Virus record (IMG/VR): IMGVR_UViG_3300036929_000011
Coordinates: 11,535-75,534 of that record
From: a virus
Taxonomy: Duplodnaviria; Caudoviricetes
Strand: one strand, 5' to 3'
Length of the DNA stretch: 64,000 nt
Shown: positions 26,071 through 35,509 of the stretch, one piece after another
Layout: every line of letters starts with the position of its first letter
How positions within the stretch are numbered: the first letter of the stretch is position 1
The notes under the pieces: generated by a model
Seen by the model: only the letters and a program-made list of their open reading frames with translations
Told to the model about the DNA's origin: nothing
The model's database searches: none
Position numbers and translations under genes: made by a program

Positions 26071-26754
26071 TCATCCGTTCTCGGGGCTGGCTTCGGAGCA
26101 CATCCCGCCGGCCAGTACGTTGCAGTCGCAGAACCCCACGCCCGGGACTTCCTGATGGATTCCCTGATCGCCGTCTGTGTACTGGAGCACCTGCCAGGTC
26201 GCCCAGGGGATGGGTAGCTTCGTCGGCGCCGCAGGGTCGGGCAAATGATAGCGCGGTACCCATAGGTCCATCCCGTCCGCCCGCGGCCACGCTGGATTGC
26301 CGATCACCTGCCAGTGCTGGTCCGAGGTGTAGATCAACGGGCGCGAACCCGCCAGCACCCCGAGAGACTCCAGGCGCGCATAGAAGGCGTCCAGGTAGCG
26401 CAGGCCGAACGCCCGCATCTGCGGCAGCGGCACGCTTGAATAGCTCTTGCCCTCGAAGTCGCAGCAGAGACGTTCCCTTGGTTGTAGCGGACCAACGACA
26501 TCGGCGAAGTGTTCGGCCTGCGTCGATGGGTCGGTCTCGGCGTGGAAGAAGTGATACCAGATCGCCATCGTGAAGCTCGGGCAGTTGGCGCGGAACCCGT
26601 CCCGGTGCCGCTCGAACTGATCGTCAACGGCATGGGCTCCCTCGGTGGCCTTGGCCCCGAAGAATGTCGCCCCACTTGCCGCCAGAGCAACCCAATCCCG
26701 GACGGGCTTCCAATGCGACACATCCGGGCCCCATGGCATTTGCGAGATGTCCAT
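26071..26754 (-). CDS. GH25 muramidase endolysin
   Basis: GPDVSHW, KATEG, WYHF, CDFE (DxE), LIYTS, LWVPRY, LQYT. Confidence 0.88.
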   Translation of the reverse strand: MDISQMPWGPDVSHWKPVRDWVALAASGATFFGAKATEGAHAVDDQFERHRDGFRANCPSFTMAIWYHFFHAETDPSTQAEHFADVVGPLQPRERLCCDFEGKSYSSVPLPQMRAFGLRYLDAFYARLESLGVLAGSRPLIYTSDQHWQVIGNPAWPRADGMDLWVPRYHLPDPAAPTKLPIPWATWQVLQYTDGDQGIHQEVPGVGFCDCNVLAGGMCSEASPENG

Positions 26755-29700
26755 TTAACCCACCCTCCTTGCACTGAGCATACTTCCCTGTCTCACGATA
26801 GACGGGTACGACCCATCCGCTGTCTGTTGCGCGAACTGCAGCAGGACGGTCCCATCTGTGTTGGCGATCAGAAGCCCGTCGATCTCGATCAGGCCGCCGT
26901 TGAACCCGGCCGTGACTTGCGTGGCACCGAATTCCGTCTCGCTGGTCAGGACGTCCATCAGAGCGGGCGAATGTACGCTTTCTACGTCGGTGGCATAGAC
27001 CTTGACCTCCGCGTGACCGTTGCCATCTCCGACGGATGCCGTTCCCGCCATCTTCCATCGCGCGCCACCGGTCTCCGAAAGATCCACCCGCAAACGTGCG
27101 CGGAACTCGTACTGGTATCCAGCCTGTACCGTCACCTCCAGATCTGTGTTCGCCAGCACGACGCTCGTCGTGGAGAAGTCGTCCGCGAGCATGGAGAACT
27201 GCTCTTCGATGATCTGGGGTTGCCAGAAGGCGAAGCAGTAGGATCCCGAAGCACCTGGCCCAATCATCAGAGGTTGCCCGATGCGGACGTTCTGCCCGCT
27301 CTTGAAGTCCGTCGGCGATGAGCGCGCGACGACCGTGCCAATGTTTCCCGGGTCGCCACTGAGGAACAGCCACTTTCCAATCGCCGGCAAGGCGGTGCCT
27401 GGATCCATTCGGATCACCATCGTTTCGTCGTTCCCGACGATGACGTAGCCGCCCGTCACGTGGCTCACGTAGTCGTCGACGCTCACGGCATTGGTGAGGG
27501 CGACGCCTTGAAGGACGTTGCCGAAGCTTGCCGGGATGAGGCTGCCGTCGCTGAGCTGGACCCCGACTACTACGCCGACTGGGAACACGTAGTTCCCCGG
27601 CGACTCGCCCAATGGGTAGTCGAAGCTCTGATACTGCATCGGCTCGCCTCGTGGGCACGGCAGGATATCGTTGGCGTAGCCCTGTCCAGTCAGCGAACAC
27701 AACACACGCTGCGCTCCGACGATCTCGAAGCCCGTCACACCGAGAGAGTCCCAAGTGAGGGACAGAAATTGCACGCCGAGATCAACGTTGAAATAGAGCA
27801 GAGCACCGGTTCCGGCCAGCGGGCCGCCGTCGAAGTCGATGGTAGCCTCGTAGTGTCCAGTCAAGAGAGCTAGCAATGGTGAGTCGAAAACTTGGCCAAA
27901 CGGATCGAGCAAGCTCCACACCTTGACGCGTGCCCCGTCCGGGCATTGGCCGATGCCCAGCACTGGGGAGATCGGAGCCTCGCTCGGACGCGTGAGCACG
28001 GCGATGTTGAACGACGACGCTTGCATTCCAGCCAGGAGTATTTGCGGTGGTTGACCGGGTGAGATCTGGCCGAGAACATCGTTGTCGTACACGCTCAACT
28101 GGCCTGGTGTTGATAGCGTGAGTGGTTGCCACACCTGACTGTGGCTTAATTCGATCGACTCCGACGCTTGCACATTGCCACCGACCACGAGCTGTGAGAA
28201 TCGGATCTCCAGGTTTTGCGCGTTCCCAGAGCTGAGGCCATGTGGATTGTAGAGACCGAACCCGGTATTGTTGGCCGACCCACTCTCATCGGCGAGAAAG
28301 TTGTTGAACGACGACTGCCCGAACAGAGAGAGGTGGGCAAACTCGCAGCAAGTGTATTGCGCTCCGTTGCCCCACTGTCCCGCATAGGCGTTGTCGACAT
28401 TCACACCGGCTGTTTCGACGACGCTATTGTTGGATCCCGTGGTCTGGCCTTCCACGTGCGCAAACATCAAAACGCCGGGATTTTCGAGCCAGAGCTTGTC
28501 ACCGGGGTTGACGGTGCCCTGCGTGAGTCGGACGTAGAAAATCGAGGAATTCTCGCTTTCGTCGGAGTGGTACCAGGCTCCCTGTCCCATCGCCGTCGTC
28601 ACGCCCGGTTCCGTCGGATCCTCGCATCGCACGCGGAACGATCCCATATCAGTCAGCGCGGGAAAAGAGCCGATCGCGCCGGCCAGGGTGATGCTCGTGA
28701 TGTCCGGCCAGTTCGCACCATACGCTGCTGACGAGAAGGCCAGAAACGAGCCATCAAGCTCGGTACCTGGAAACGCTGTCACCAAGCCAAGTCGGATCCG
28801 ATCCTCGGTGCTGTTGGTCAGATCTGACCCGCGGAAAATCTGACAGTTGTAGTCAACCATCGCGGTCCGATCGATCGTGCCGTGGTTGTCGCCCGGCATT
28901 TGGTCGTAGACCAAGCCACCGGCGATTGGCTTGCACAGCACCACGTATTTTCTCGTAGCGCCCACGGGAGGGATGATCGCGGCGAGACGGCCCATCGTCT
29001 TGATCGCTACGGGCGTGGTCCGGTCTGGCGTGAAGACACTCAGAGGTGGCGCGTCGATGTATCCGATGTTCGCGTCGTCACCGGCGTTTCCGTCGAGGAA
29101 GAAGTACCGAATCAGGGTGCGATCCCAGTTCGCCACGTCGCCTACGCCACCACCACCGGACGCTGTGATTTGAATTTTCCGCACGCCTCCGTCAGTGACT
29201 GTCGCAAGGGTGACGTTCGCCCCCCCCTTCAGTTTCGTATCGAGGAACGCCGGATCCGGATCCGTCGAATTGGCCTTCACGTCGTGGGCATCGCCACCGC
29301 CACCACCGTCTGCAATCTTTCGGAACCATCGGTTTAGCATCTTGATGATGCCCTGCTGGATGAGCGGGTCAGCCTGGTCCTCGTTCGTTTCGAACGGCCC
29401 GATAAGACGCAAAGGCCGGCCATCGGGGTCAGTGATGTTTTCTAGGTAGGAGCATCCCCCGCGAATGATCGTTGCATCGGTGGCACCCCCATTGACCATA
29501 CACCAAACGATGTAGGTGCCCTTGATGTCGACCGTGATATTCGCCGTCGGCGAGGTGCCGAGCGAAATCGGTTCAATGCCGGCGCCGCCAGATGCCGAGC
29601 CCTCGGGACGCCAGAGCATCCACTGATAGCTGTTGACCCCCGTGACGTCGCTCAGGGCGAACGACATCACCGATCCCGCCGCTGCGTCCTGCCTCCATGT

Positions 29701-29757
29701 GGTAGTCGGCGGGAGGGCGTCCTTCCGGACCTGAATGGTGACGCTTGAGAACGGCAT
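26755..29757 (-). CDS. tail fibre / receptor-binding protein
   Basis: 1000 aa, G/S/T-rich modular beta protein at the distal end of the baseplate operon. Confidence 0.65.
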   Translation of the reverse strand: MPFSSVTIQVRKDALPPTTTWRQDAAAGSVMSFALSDVTGVNSYQWMLWRPEGSASGGAGIEPISLGTSPTANITVDIKGTYIVWCMVNGGATDATIIRGGCSYLENITDPDGRPLRLIGPFETNEDQADPLIQQGIIKMLNRWFRKIADGGGGGDAHDVKANSTDPDPAFLDTKLKGGANVTLATVTDGGVRKIQITASGGGGVGDVANWDRTLIRYFFLDGNAGDDANIGYIDAPPLSVFTPDRTTPVAIKTMGRLAAIIPPVGATRKYVVLCKPIAGGLVYDQMPGDNHGTIDRTAMVDYNCQIFRGSDLTNSTEDRIRLGLVTAFPGTELDGSFLAFSSAAYGANWPDITSITLAGAIGSFPALTDMGSFRVRCEDPTEPGVTTAMGQGAWYHSDESENSSIFYVRLTQGTVNPGDKLWLENPGVLMFAHVEGQTTGSNNSVVETAGVNVDNAYAGQWGNGAQYTCCEFAHLSLFGQSSFNNFLADESGSANNTGFGLYNPHGLSSGNAQNLEIRFSQLVVGGNVQASESIELSHSQVWQPLTLSTPGQLSVYDNDVLGQISPGQPPQILLAGMQASSFNIAVLTRPSEAPISPVLGIGQCPDGARVKVWSLLDPFGQVFDSPLLALLTGHYEATIDFDGGPLAGTGALLYFNVDLGVQFLSLTWDSLGVTGFEIVGAQRVLCSLTGQGYANDILPCPRGEPMQYQSFDYPLGESPGNYVFPVGVVVGVQLSDGSLIPASFGNVLQGVALTNAVSVDDYVSHVTGGYVIVGNDETMVIRMDPGTALPAIGKWLFLSGDPGNIGTVVARSSPTDFKSGQNVRIGQPLMIGPGASGSYCFAFWQPQIIEEQFSMLADDFSTTSVVLANTDLEVTVQAGYQYEFRARLRVDLSETGGARWKMAGTASVGDGNGHAEVKVYATDVESVHSPALMDVLTSETEFGATQVTAGFNGGLIEIDGLLIANTDGTVLLQFAQQTADGSYPSIVRQGSMLSARRVG

Positions 29758-29760
29758 GGC

Positions 29761-31263
29761 TCACCTCGCGAGGCGGGGGACGTTCATCTTGTAGGCCGTG
29801 GGCGTGATGCTGAGAATTCCAGTTGCCACGCCTTTGTAGTAGATCGTCGCAGCCTGGGCCGACGAAACGCGCACGAGCCGCTGCTGGAATTCGTCGTCGA
29901 GTTGTGCGATGGCGAATGAATCGGATCCACCGCCACAACTGACGCTTGCTAAGTCACCCGATGAGCTTCCCGCATACGCGATGAATAATTCTACGACTGG
30001 AGACACCGCCGGTAGGGATCCAAGTGTCCACGCCGTATAGGAGACCTCGGGTGTGCTGATCGGCGTTTCTTTGAAGCCGTTCGTTACCGTCGCCTGCAAG
30101 GTCGCCACTTGGGTGACAGCTCCGCGAATCCAGTCTCCATCGTAGTAGGCGCGAACATTCGTTCCTGTTCCTGCGCCGTAGAATGCCAAACCTATGTAGA
30201 CACAGGCTGCCCTTGGGAACGCAGTGGCCGGGCTCGCAATGGCAAGCGTTGCCTTCGGGTATCCAAGGGGATCGGGTGCCGTGGCCGAAAGGACCAGATG
30301 CACGGGAATCGGCGTCCCGCCCAGCGCCACTGGGCCATAGTTCATCATTGGCTGGTGCCGGCCACCGCACAGGTAGAGGTAATAGGGTTTGTCGTTCCCG
30401 GGTGGTGCGTTAGTCGGAGGAGCCGCAGTGTCATTCTCTACGATGGCCTGGCCAGTTCCCTGGAACGTCAGCAGCTCGCCGTCAATGACGAGACGATGGA
30501 CCACGGCGCTTCCGAGTGGCAGCACAGCACTCGCCAGCGTCAGCTTGGGCTCGCATCCATGGAGGATCCCGTGCTGGCTTGTGCCTGGAAACTCGATCAC
30601 CCGCCACGCCCGGCGCACCGGCAGAAATGCCGTGGAGTCCGCTACTGCAGGCGGAACGAAGACGTCGAACAGTGCCAGCGTGCCTGCGGGAATTGTGGGG
30701 GGGACTGGGGCAGTCGCCGCCGTACCAGCGATCACGCTGATTGTCGCCAGCGGGTTTGATGTCTTATAGACGTTCTGCGGCGCCACTGTTCGCAGACTTG
30801 GATCAAGCAGAATGTTTCGGCTTGTGATGTCGGCGAGCTGGTCTCCAGGCGTTGCGACCACGGTGCAAATCACAGGGTGGGTCGCATCAGGCGTTCCGCC
30901 ACCCGGCCAGCTGATAGTCTGTGCAGGCCAGCGCAGGAGCTGATAGCCCGAGATGTCCGGATTTGCTGGCGTCGCGGGTAGAACGCCCTCGCCAGCACCC
31001 AGGTCCATATCGAACACACCCGCAATTCCGTCAAGAGACGGCGGCTGCGTCGTGCCCGAAAGCGGCTGGCTGTTGGTCCCCTTTGCCCCAGCCCCAAAGT
31101 CGTCGAAGGTTCCAGAAGCCGGATCGTAGAAGTCGGCCCGCACACTGCGGCTCTGGGCGGCGTCCATTAACTCGCGCCCCGCCAGGGTCCCGATGCGGTT
31201 CAGATCGGTTGACAGGATCTGTTCCCGTGCGCTCTGGTTCATTCGTGAGGGGATACCGGCCAT
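29761..31263 (-). CDS. baseplate/tail-fibre-associated structural protein
   Basis: 500 aa, P/A/T-rich; position after the baseplate wedge genes. Confidence 0.55.
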   Translation of the reverse strand: MAGIPSRMNQSAREQILSTDLNRIGTLAGRELMDAAQSRSVRADFYDPASGTFDDFGAGAKGTNSQPLSGTTQPPSLDGIAGVFDMDLGAGEGVLPATPANPDISGYQLLRWPAQTISWPGGGTPDATHPVICTVVATPGDQLADITSRNILLDPSLRTVAPQNVYKTSNPLATISVIAGTAATAPVPPTIPAGTLALFDVFVPPAVADSTAFLPVRRAWRVIEFPGTSQHGILHGCEPKLTLASAVLPLGSAVVHRLVIDGELLTFQGTGQAIVENDTAAPPTNAPPGNDKPYYLYLCGGRHQPMMNYGPVALGGTPIPVHLVLSATAPDPLGYPKATLAIASPATAFPRAACVYIGLAFYGAGTGTNVRAYYDGDWIRGAVTQVATLQATVTNGFKETPISTPEVSYTAWTLGSLPAVSPVVELFIAYAGSSSGDLASVSCGGGSDSFAIAQLDDEFQQRLVRVSSAQAATIYYKGVATGILSITPTAYKMNVPRLAR

Positions 31264-31287
31264 GATGTTTTCCTTTCGCTCAGCCTA

Positions 31288-32739
31288 TCACAGGGTCATC
31301 TGGGTGACCCAAAAGGTGCCGACGGCCCGCAAGGTGTTTGAGACCGAGCTGGCCACCAAAAGTAAGATCGCTGCGACCTGGCCGCTGAAGTAGCCAAGCT
31401 TCTCCAACTCGAACGTCCGAAGCGGTAGACCGTCGATTGGCGCAATCCAATCCGTCACTATCACGCTGCTGTCAGCAAGAATCATTGCAAACATAAACGC
31501 GTCTGTGCTGGGATCGATCGGTCCCACGGTCACCAGGCCCTGCCGTACCATCCAAGCGGATCCGGTCGGCGGCGCGAGTACGAAGGCCATGGTTCCCGCC
31601 GGGTCTGCCACCACTTCGCCAACCCCACCAAGGCGCATGCTGTTCTCGACGTAGGTATCGAACTGGACCCCGCCCGCGCGCTTCACCCGGGCCTCCTCGC
31701 TGATCGCATGCAGAGCGGCCGTCAACGACGGCGCGAGCCCGATGTCCGGAAACCCCCAAGCTTGGTCATCGCAGAACGTATCGTCACCGTAGCAGCCAGA
31801 CCCGTCTGGCTCGGTCAGCTGACCTGCCACCGCAAGCCTGAAGTAGGCGCGGCCTTGTCGAAGGTCGGGGACCTCAAGCGTGCGAAACGGCTGCTTGCCG
31901 GTCAGGTCGTCACCAAGGGCGTCGTCGCAGAAGTCAGATTCTGCGAACAGAGAATCGGCAAAGACGAGCTCAAGCTCCATCCTCGCGGCGTCGCTGGACT
32001 GGTCCCGGTAGGGTTCGACCATGTACGTGTCCGGGAGCTGGCCCTGCGCCCCGTGGACCGCCTCCTGAATCGCCTTGGGTGTGGCGGCCTCTGGAATCAG
32101 CCTGACCCGCAGCCGGTACGCCTCTCCATCCTCGCCCGCCTGTCGCCGACAGCCCCGCTCGTCACCGTGCATCGACAGCCAGTCCATCTCGGCTCCGGTG
32201 ACGGCGGTCGCAAACCCATAGGTGGTGTACCCACCCGGGCCTAGGATGACGTCGCTGACGCTGTCCAGAACCGCCGTGCTGAGCGGATCGATGATTGCGT
32301 CCACTGGGTCGCCTGGTGCCAGCACATCGTCAAAGACTGGGTCGGTGGTATTGGCCAGGTCAATCTGTCGAACTGTCCGCAGGGGCAGTAGGATGCTCGT
32401 CTGGTGGGCCGCCACGGGAACGTCAAGCGCCACCAGCAACTGAACGCCTCGCGCGTCAACGAACATGAACCCCTTGGGGATCAGCGCCGTGGTCGTGAGA
32501 TCAGGCCTGGTGATGGTCAGGTCGCAGGATCCTGACCTCCCAGTGGGCGCCGTGGAGATGGAGCACGCCTCCACCTGTTGCATCACGGCCTTGCTCGTCG
32601 CTTCGGCGATGGCCAGCTTGGCGTTGATGATTGCCGCGCCGTCGGGAGTCGCCATGAAGTCCGACAGCCAATTCTCATCGCACGTGCGGCGAAGCAGGGC
32701 CAAGCCATCGGCCTGAGTGAGGGGGCCGGAGTCACTCAT
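31288..32739 (-). CDS. baseplate wedge protein (gpI-like position)
   Basis: LSMHGDERGCRRQAGEDGEAYRLRV...TPKAI motif; follows the J-like gene. Confidence 0.6.
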   Translation of the reverse strand: MSDSGPLTQADGLALLRRTCDENWLSDFMATPDGAAIINAKLAIAEATSKAVMQQVEACSISTAPTGRSGSCDLTITRPDLTTTALIPKGFMFVDARGVQLLVALDVPVAAHQTSILLPLRTVRQIDLANTTDPVFDDVLAPGDPVDAIIDPLSTAVLDSVSDVILGPGGYTTYGFATAVTGAEMDWLSMHGDERGCRRQAGEDGEAYRLRVRLIPEAATPKAIQEAVHGAQGQLPDTYMVEPYRDQSSDAARMELELVFADSLFAESDFCDDALGDDLTGKQPFRTLEVPDLRQGRAYFRLAVAGQLTEPDGSGCYGDDTFCDDQAWGFPDIGLAPSLTAALHAISEEARVKRAGGVQFDTYVENSMRLGGVGEVVADPAGTMAFVLAPPTGSAWMVRQGLVTVGPIDPSTDAFMFAMILADSSVIVTDWIAPIDGLPLRTFELEKLGYFSGQVAAILLLVASSVSNTLRAVGTFWVTQMTL

Positions 32740-33854
32740 ACAAAGGTGATCCCTGTGCTGAGGATTCGGATCATCACCGTCGGGTCGAACGGCACGACGT
32801 CACCTAGAGGATAAAGAAGGGCACCATCGGAGACGATCACCCCCGGAACGTTTTGCGCCGCCGAGATGAGCGCCGAGCGGAACAGGATGCCGTTATCGGG
32901 ACCGGGGGGCAGGAACTGCGAAACAGCTACGCAGACGGCACGCACGCGCGAGATCGCCAGCTTCTCGTCGAAGCCCAGCTTGAAGGCCAGGTGCCATTGG
33001 ACAGTCTGGTACTCGACGGTCCCGCTCAGTACAAAGACCGGGATTCCAGCCGCCCGCCACTTGAGCAGCGAGTCCGAGACGGCCGTGACCATGGTGGAGG
33101 TCGCGTTGCCTGAGCGATCTCCGATCACGAGTTGCACGGCCCCAGCCGGGAATCCTCCGAGTGGGTTGACGATCTCAGTCGCCGTTGCCACGGCCACGCC
33201 CGGGACCTGCTTGGCGCCGTACTCGATTGCCCCAAGAATCGCCTTGCTGACAGTTGGGAAAAAGCCTCGGATCCGGCCGAGGAACTGGATATCGCTCTCG
33301 GTATCGGTTCCGCCCGCCGCCGGCCCTGGATTGTTGACCGTAATGGTCGAGTCAAACGGCCCAGTCGAGAAGGCGGTCACGGTGTTGGCGTTGACGTTCG
33401 TCGCCGAGCCCACCGTCGCGGCCGTGGCCGAGACCTGCACGATGGTGTCCCAGTCTCCAAAGGTAGCGTCCTGGTCAAGCCCGAACTGCACTCCGTCCGC
33501 CGTCTGCACGACCGACCCCGCCGAGTAGACACCCGGGGTGGCTACGCCGGGCATCGGCCGAGCCAGCACCAAGTCGACCGATGCCGGCGTCGCGCTGAAG
33601 CGGGTCAAACCATATCGATCGTAAGCCTCCCGATCGAGCTGGGCACCGCGGGCCGTCTCGGCGAAGACCCCACGCATGGCTGCGGCCCCGCGCGAGGCCA
33701 CCTCCTCGCCGATGACCGAGTCGATGCCGATGACGAGGTTCAGATCGCTGCCCGGAATGTCGGCCACTGCCGGGTTGAGCTTTATGTTTGGCGTCCCAGC
33801 GACGGCTGCCCGGCCCACCGCAAATAGAGAAGAGCGATCGACGAAAAGACTCAT
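32736..33854 (-). CDS. baseplate J-like protein
   Basis: LDREAYDRYGLTRFSATPASV.L...NPGPAAGGTDTESD..FLGRIR...GT..AIEYGA..VPGV. Confidence 0.8.
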   Translation of the reverse strand: MSLFVDRSSLFAVGRAAVAGTPNIKLNPAVADIPGSDLNLVIGIDSVIGEEVASRGAAAMRGVFAETARGAQLDREAYDRYGLTRFSATPASVDLVLARPMPGVATPGVYSAGSVVQTADGVQFGLDQDATFGDWDTIVQVSATAATVGSATNVNANTVTAFSTGPFDSTITVNNPGPAAGGTDTESDIQFLGRIRGFFPTVSKAILGAIEYGAKQVPGVAVATATEIVNPLGGFPAGAVQLVIGDRSGNATSTMVTAVSDSLLKWRAAGIPVFVLSGTVEYQTVQWHLAFKLGFDEKLAISRVRAVCVAVSQFLPPGPDNGILFRSALISAAQNVPGVIVSDGALLYPLGDVVPFDPTVMIRILSTGITFV

Positions 33855-34642
33855 GGGGTGACCCCTCCATTGGGCAAGGCCGAGGCACTGGCTGTCAGGT
33901 CCTGGCCGTCGGAAGTCTTCGCCCGTATCGTCAGCGCCAGCAGGCCGCGAGAATCCATCACGATGCTGGTCTGCGATTGCACGACGTCGGGCTCTTGCTG
34001 CACCCCTTGGGCGAGGTCCGTCTTGATCGAGGTGAGGTTGTCGCGCGTGGCCGGCGTCTTGAAGTCGGTGGCCAGGCCGTAGCCGGGCAGGCATGCGAAG
34101 CTGTTCTTTTTGACCATCGCCCGCCGCAAGACGCGTTTCTTCGTGCCCGGCAATCCTTCGTGGTGGGCCCAATCCCCAGAACTGTCCACGGTGATGCCTG
34201 GCTGAAACGGATCCGTCGCCAGGTCGACCAGCCCCGTCCGCCGGCGGATCTGCCGGGTGCGTACCGGACGGATGGCCCCGACGAAGCTGGCCGAGTAGGG
34301 CGGACCAATCGCCAGCCCAAGCGCAGAGACGAGCGCCGGCTTGGCCGTCACCTGGTAGGTGAGCCCAACGACCAGCGGGTGGTCAGTCTGCACGTCCAGG
34401 GCGTACTCGCCGGGATTGAAGACCCCGAAGGCTGGGTATGCGATGACGTTCGGCAAGACTCCGACGCAGAACAAGGTAGCCCCGGTACCGACGGTAATCG
34501 TGACCCCGTAGTTGGCAGGGTTCCGCCCGTCGTCCAAAGCCGAGCTGCTCTTGTGCTTCGGCTCCGAGCTGAACACGACCCGCACCACCTGGCCGCCCAC
34601 CGCGAGGGCGCGAACAACGTTGAAGGTGGTGATGAAGGGCAT
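33851..34642 (-). CDS. baseplate wedge subunit (gp25/gpW-like C-terminus with N-terminal Ig-like extension)
   Basis: C-terminal LPGYG...IKTDLAQGVQQEPDV; located between spike and J. Confidence 0.6.
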   Translation of the reverse strand: MPFITTFNVVRALAVGGQVVRVVFSSEPKHKSSSALDDGRNPANYGVTITVGTGATLFCVGVLPNVIAYPAFGVFNPGEYALDVQTDHPLVVGLTYQVTAKPALVSALGLAIGPPYSASFVGAIRPVRTRQIRRRTGLVDLATDPFQPGITVDSSGDWAHHEGLPGTKKRVLRRAMVKKNSFACLPGYGLATDFKTPATRDNLTSIKTDLAQGVQQEPDVVQSQTSIVMDSRGLLALTIRAKTSDGQDLTASASALPNGGVTP

Positions 34643-34666
34643 TGGGTGAATCCTATCACTCCGCGA

Positions 34667-35509
34667 CTATTTGGTCTTGGTCACCGTTGAGTTGAAGGTT
34701 GGGAGCTCGGCCAGGAATGCCGTGAAGGCAGCGAGAAGGGCAGAGAACCCTGGACCCAGCGGGGAGAGGGCTGGGTTAGCCGGGAGAGTAGCAGCGGTAT
34801 AAAGCGCTGACGCAGCCGCTTCGGCCGCTCCAATGAAAGTGGTCTCCGCAACCGTTCGGGTCTGCCCGAGCTGCACCGGCTCGACCGCATCCGCCCCCCC
34901 CAGCTGTACCGATGGCGCCGTCACGACCGCCCCGCTCGAATCGAGGTCGATCTTGGTTCCGTTCGCGTTCAGCTCGATCGCCTTCGAGGTCGTGACCGTG
35001 GCATTGCCATCCTGGTCGAGCGTGACCTGGACGCCCCCAGCTGTCCTGATGTCGATCGGCACAGACTTCGCGTAGATAAGCAGCCGGTCGTTGCCGAAGA
35101 TGGGCTTGCCGCTGTCGGTGGGCTGCCGGTTGGAGCGCGAGTGCAGGATGTTGGTGATGATCCCGCCGGTCAGATCGCCATCGGGGAAGTCGCACTTCAC
35201 AATGTCGCCCGGACGGATCGGAGCCAAGATGGTCACGTCGCCCGCCTGGATCCCGGCGTACCGGCAGGTGACCGGAATCATCAGCGGCTCCAGCTTCACG
35301 TCGACGTCGACGCCGTCGCTGGCGTTCCAGACCGCCGCCTTGTCATTCGGGTTGAACTCTCCCGTTTCGGTGTCGACCGTCGCGACGGTGCCGTTGCTAC
35401 ACCAGTAGCGCAGGTCTGCTCCCACGCTGCGGGCCGCCTTCCGGAAGTTCTCCGAGTCGATGCTGTTGCGGATGTTGGTCCCGAAGCGATGCCGTGTCGC
35501 CGCCATCAC
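34667..35509 (-). CDS. baseplate central spike (gpV/gp5 OB-fold type)
   Basis: PVTCRY...APIRPGDIV.C.FPDGDL..G; C-terminal beta-repeats VTTSKAIEL, VTAPSVQLG. Confidence 0.7.
   Translation of the reverse strand: MMAATRHRFGTNIRNSIDSENFRKAARSVGADLRYWCSNGTVATVDTETGEFNPNDKAAVWNASDGVDVDVKLEPLMIPVTCRYAGIQAGDVTILAPIRPGDIVKCDFPDGDLTGGIITNILHSRSNRQPTDSGKPIFGNDRLLIYAKSVPIDIRTAGGVQVTLDQDGNATVTTSKAIELNANGTKIDLDSSGAVVTAPSVQLGGADAVEPVQLGQTRTVAETTFIGAAEAAASALYTAATLPANPALSPLGPGFSALLAAFTAFLAELPTFNSTVTKTK

Noticed and set aside
25895-26155. Plus-strand 86-aa ORF between promoter copy 5 and the endolysin
   Set aside because: Overlaps the endolysin 3' end, has no clear RBS or promoter and no recognisable motif; cannot be supported
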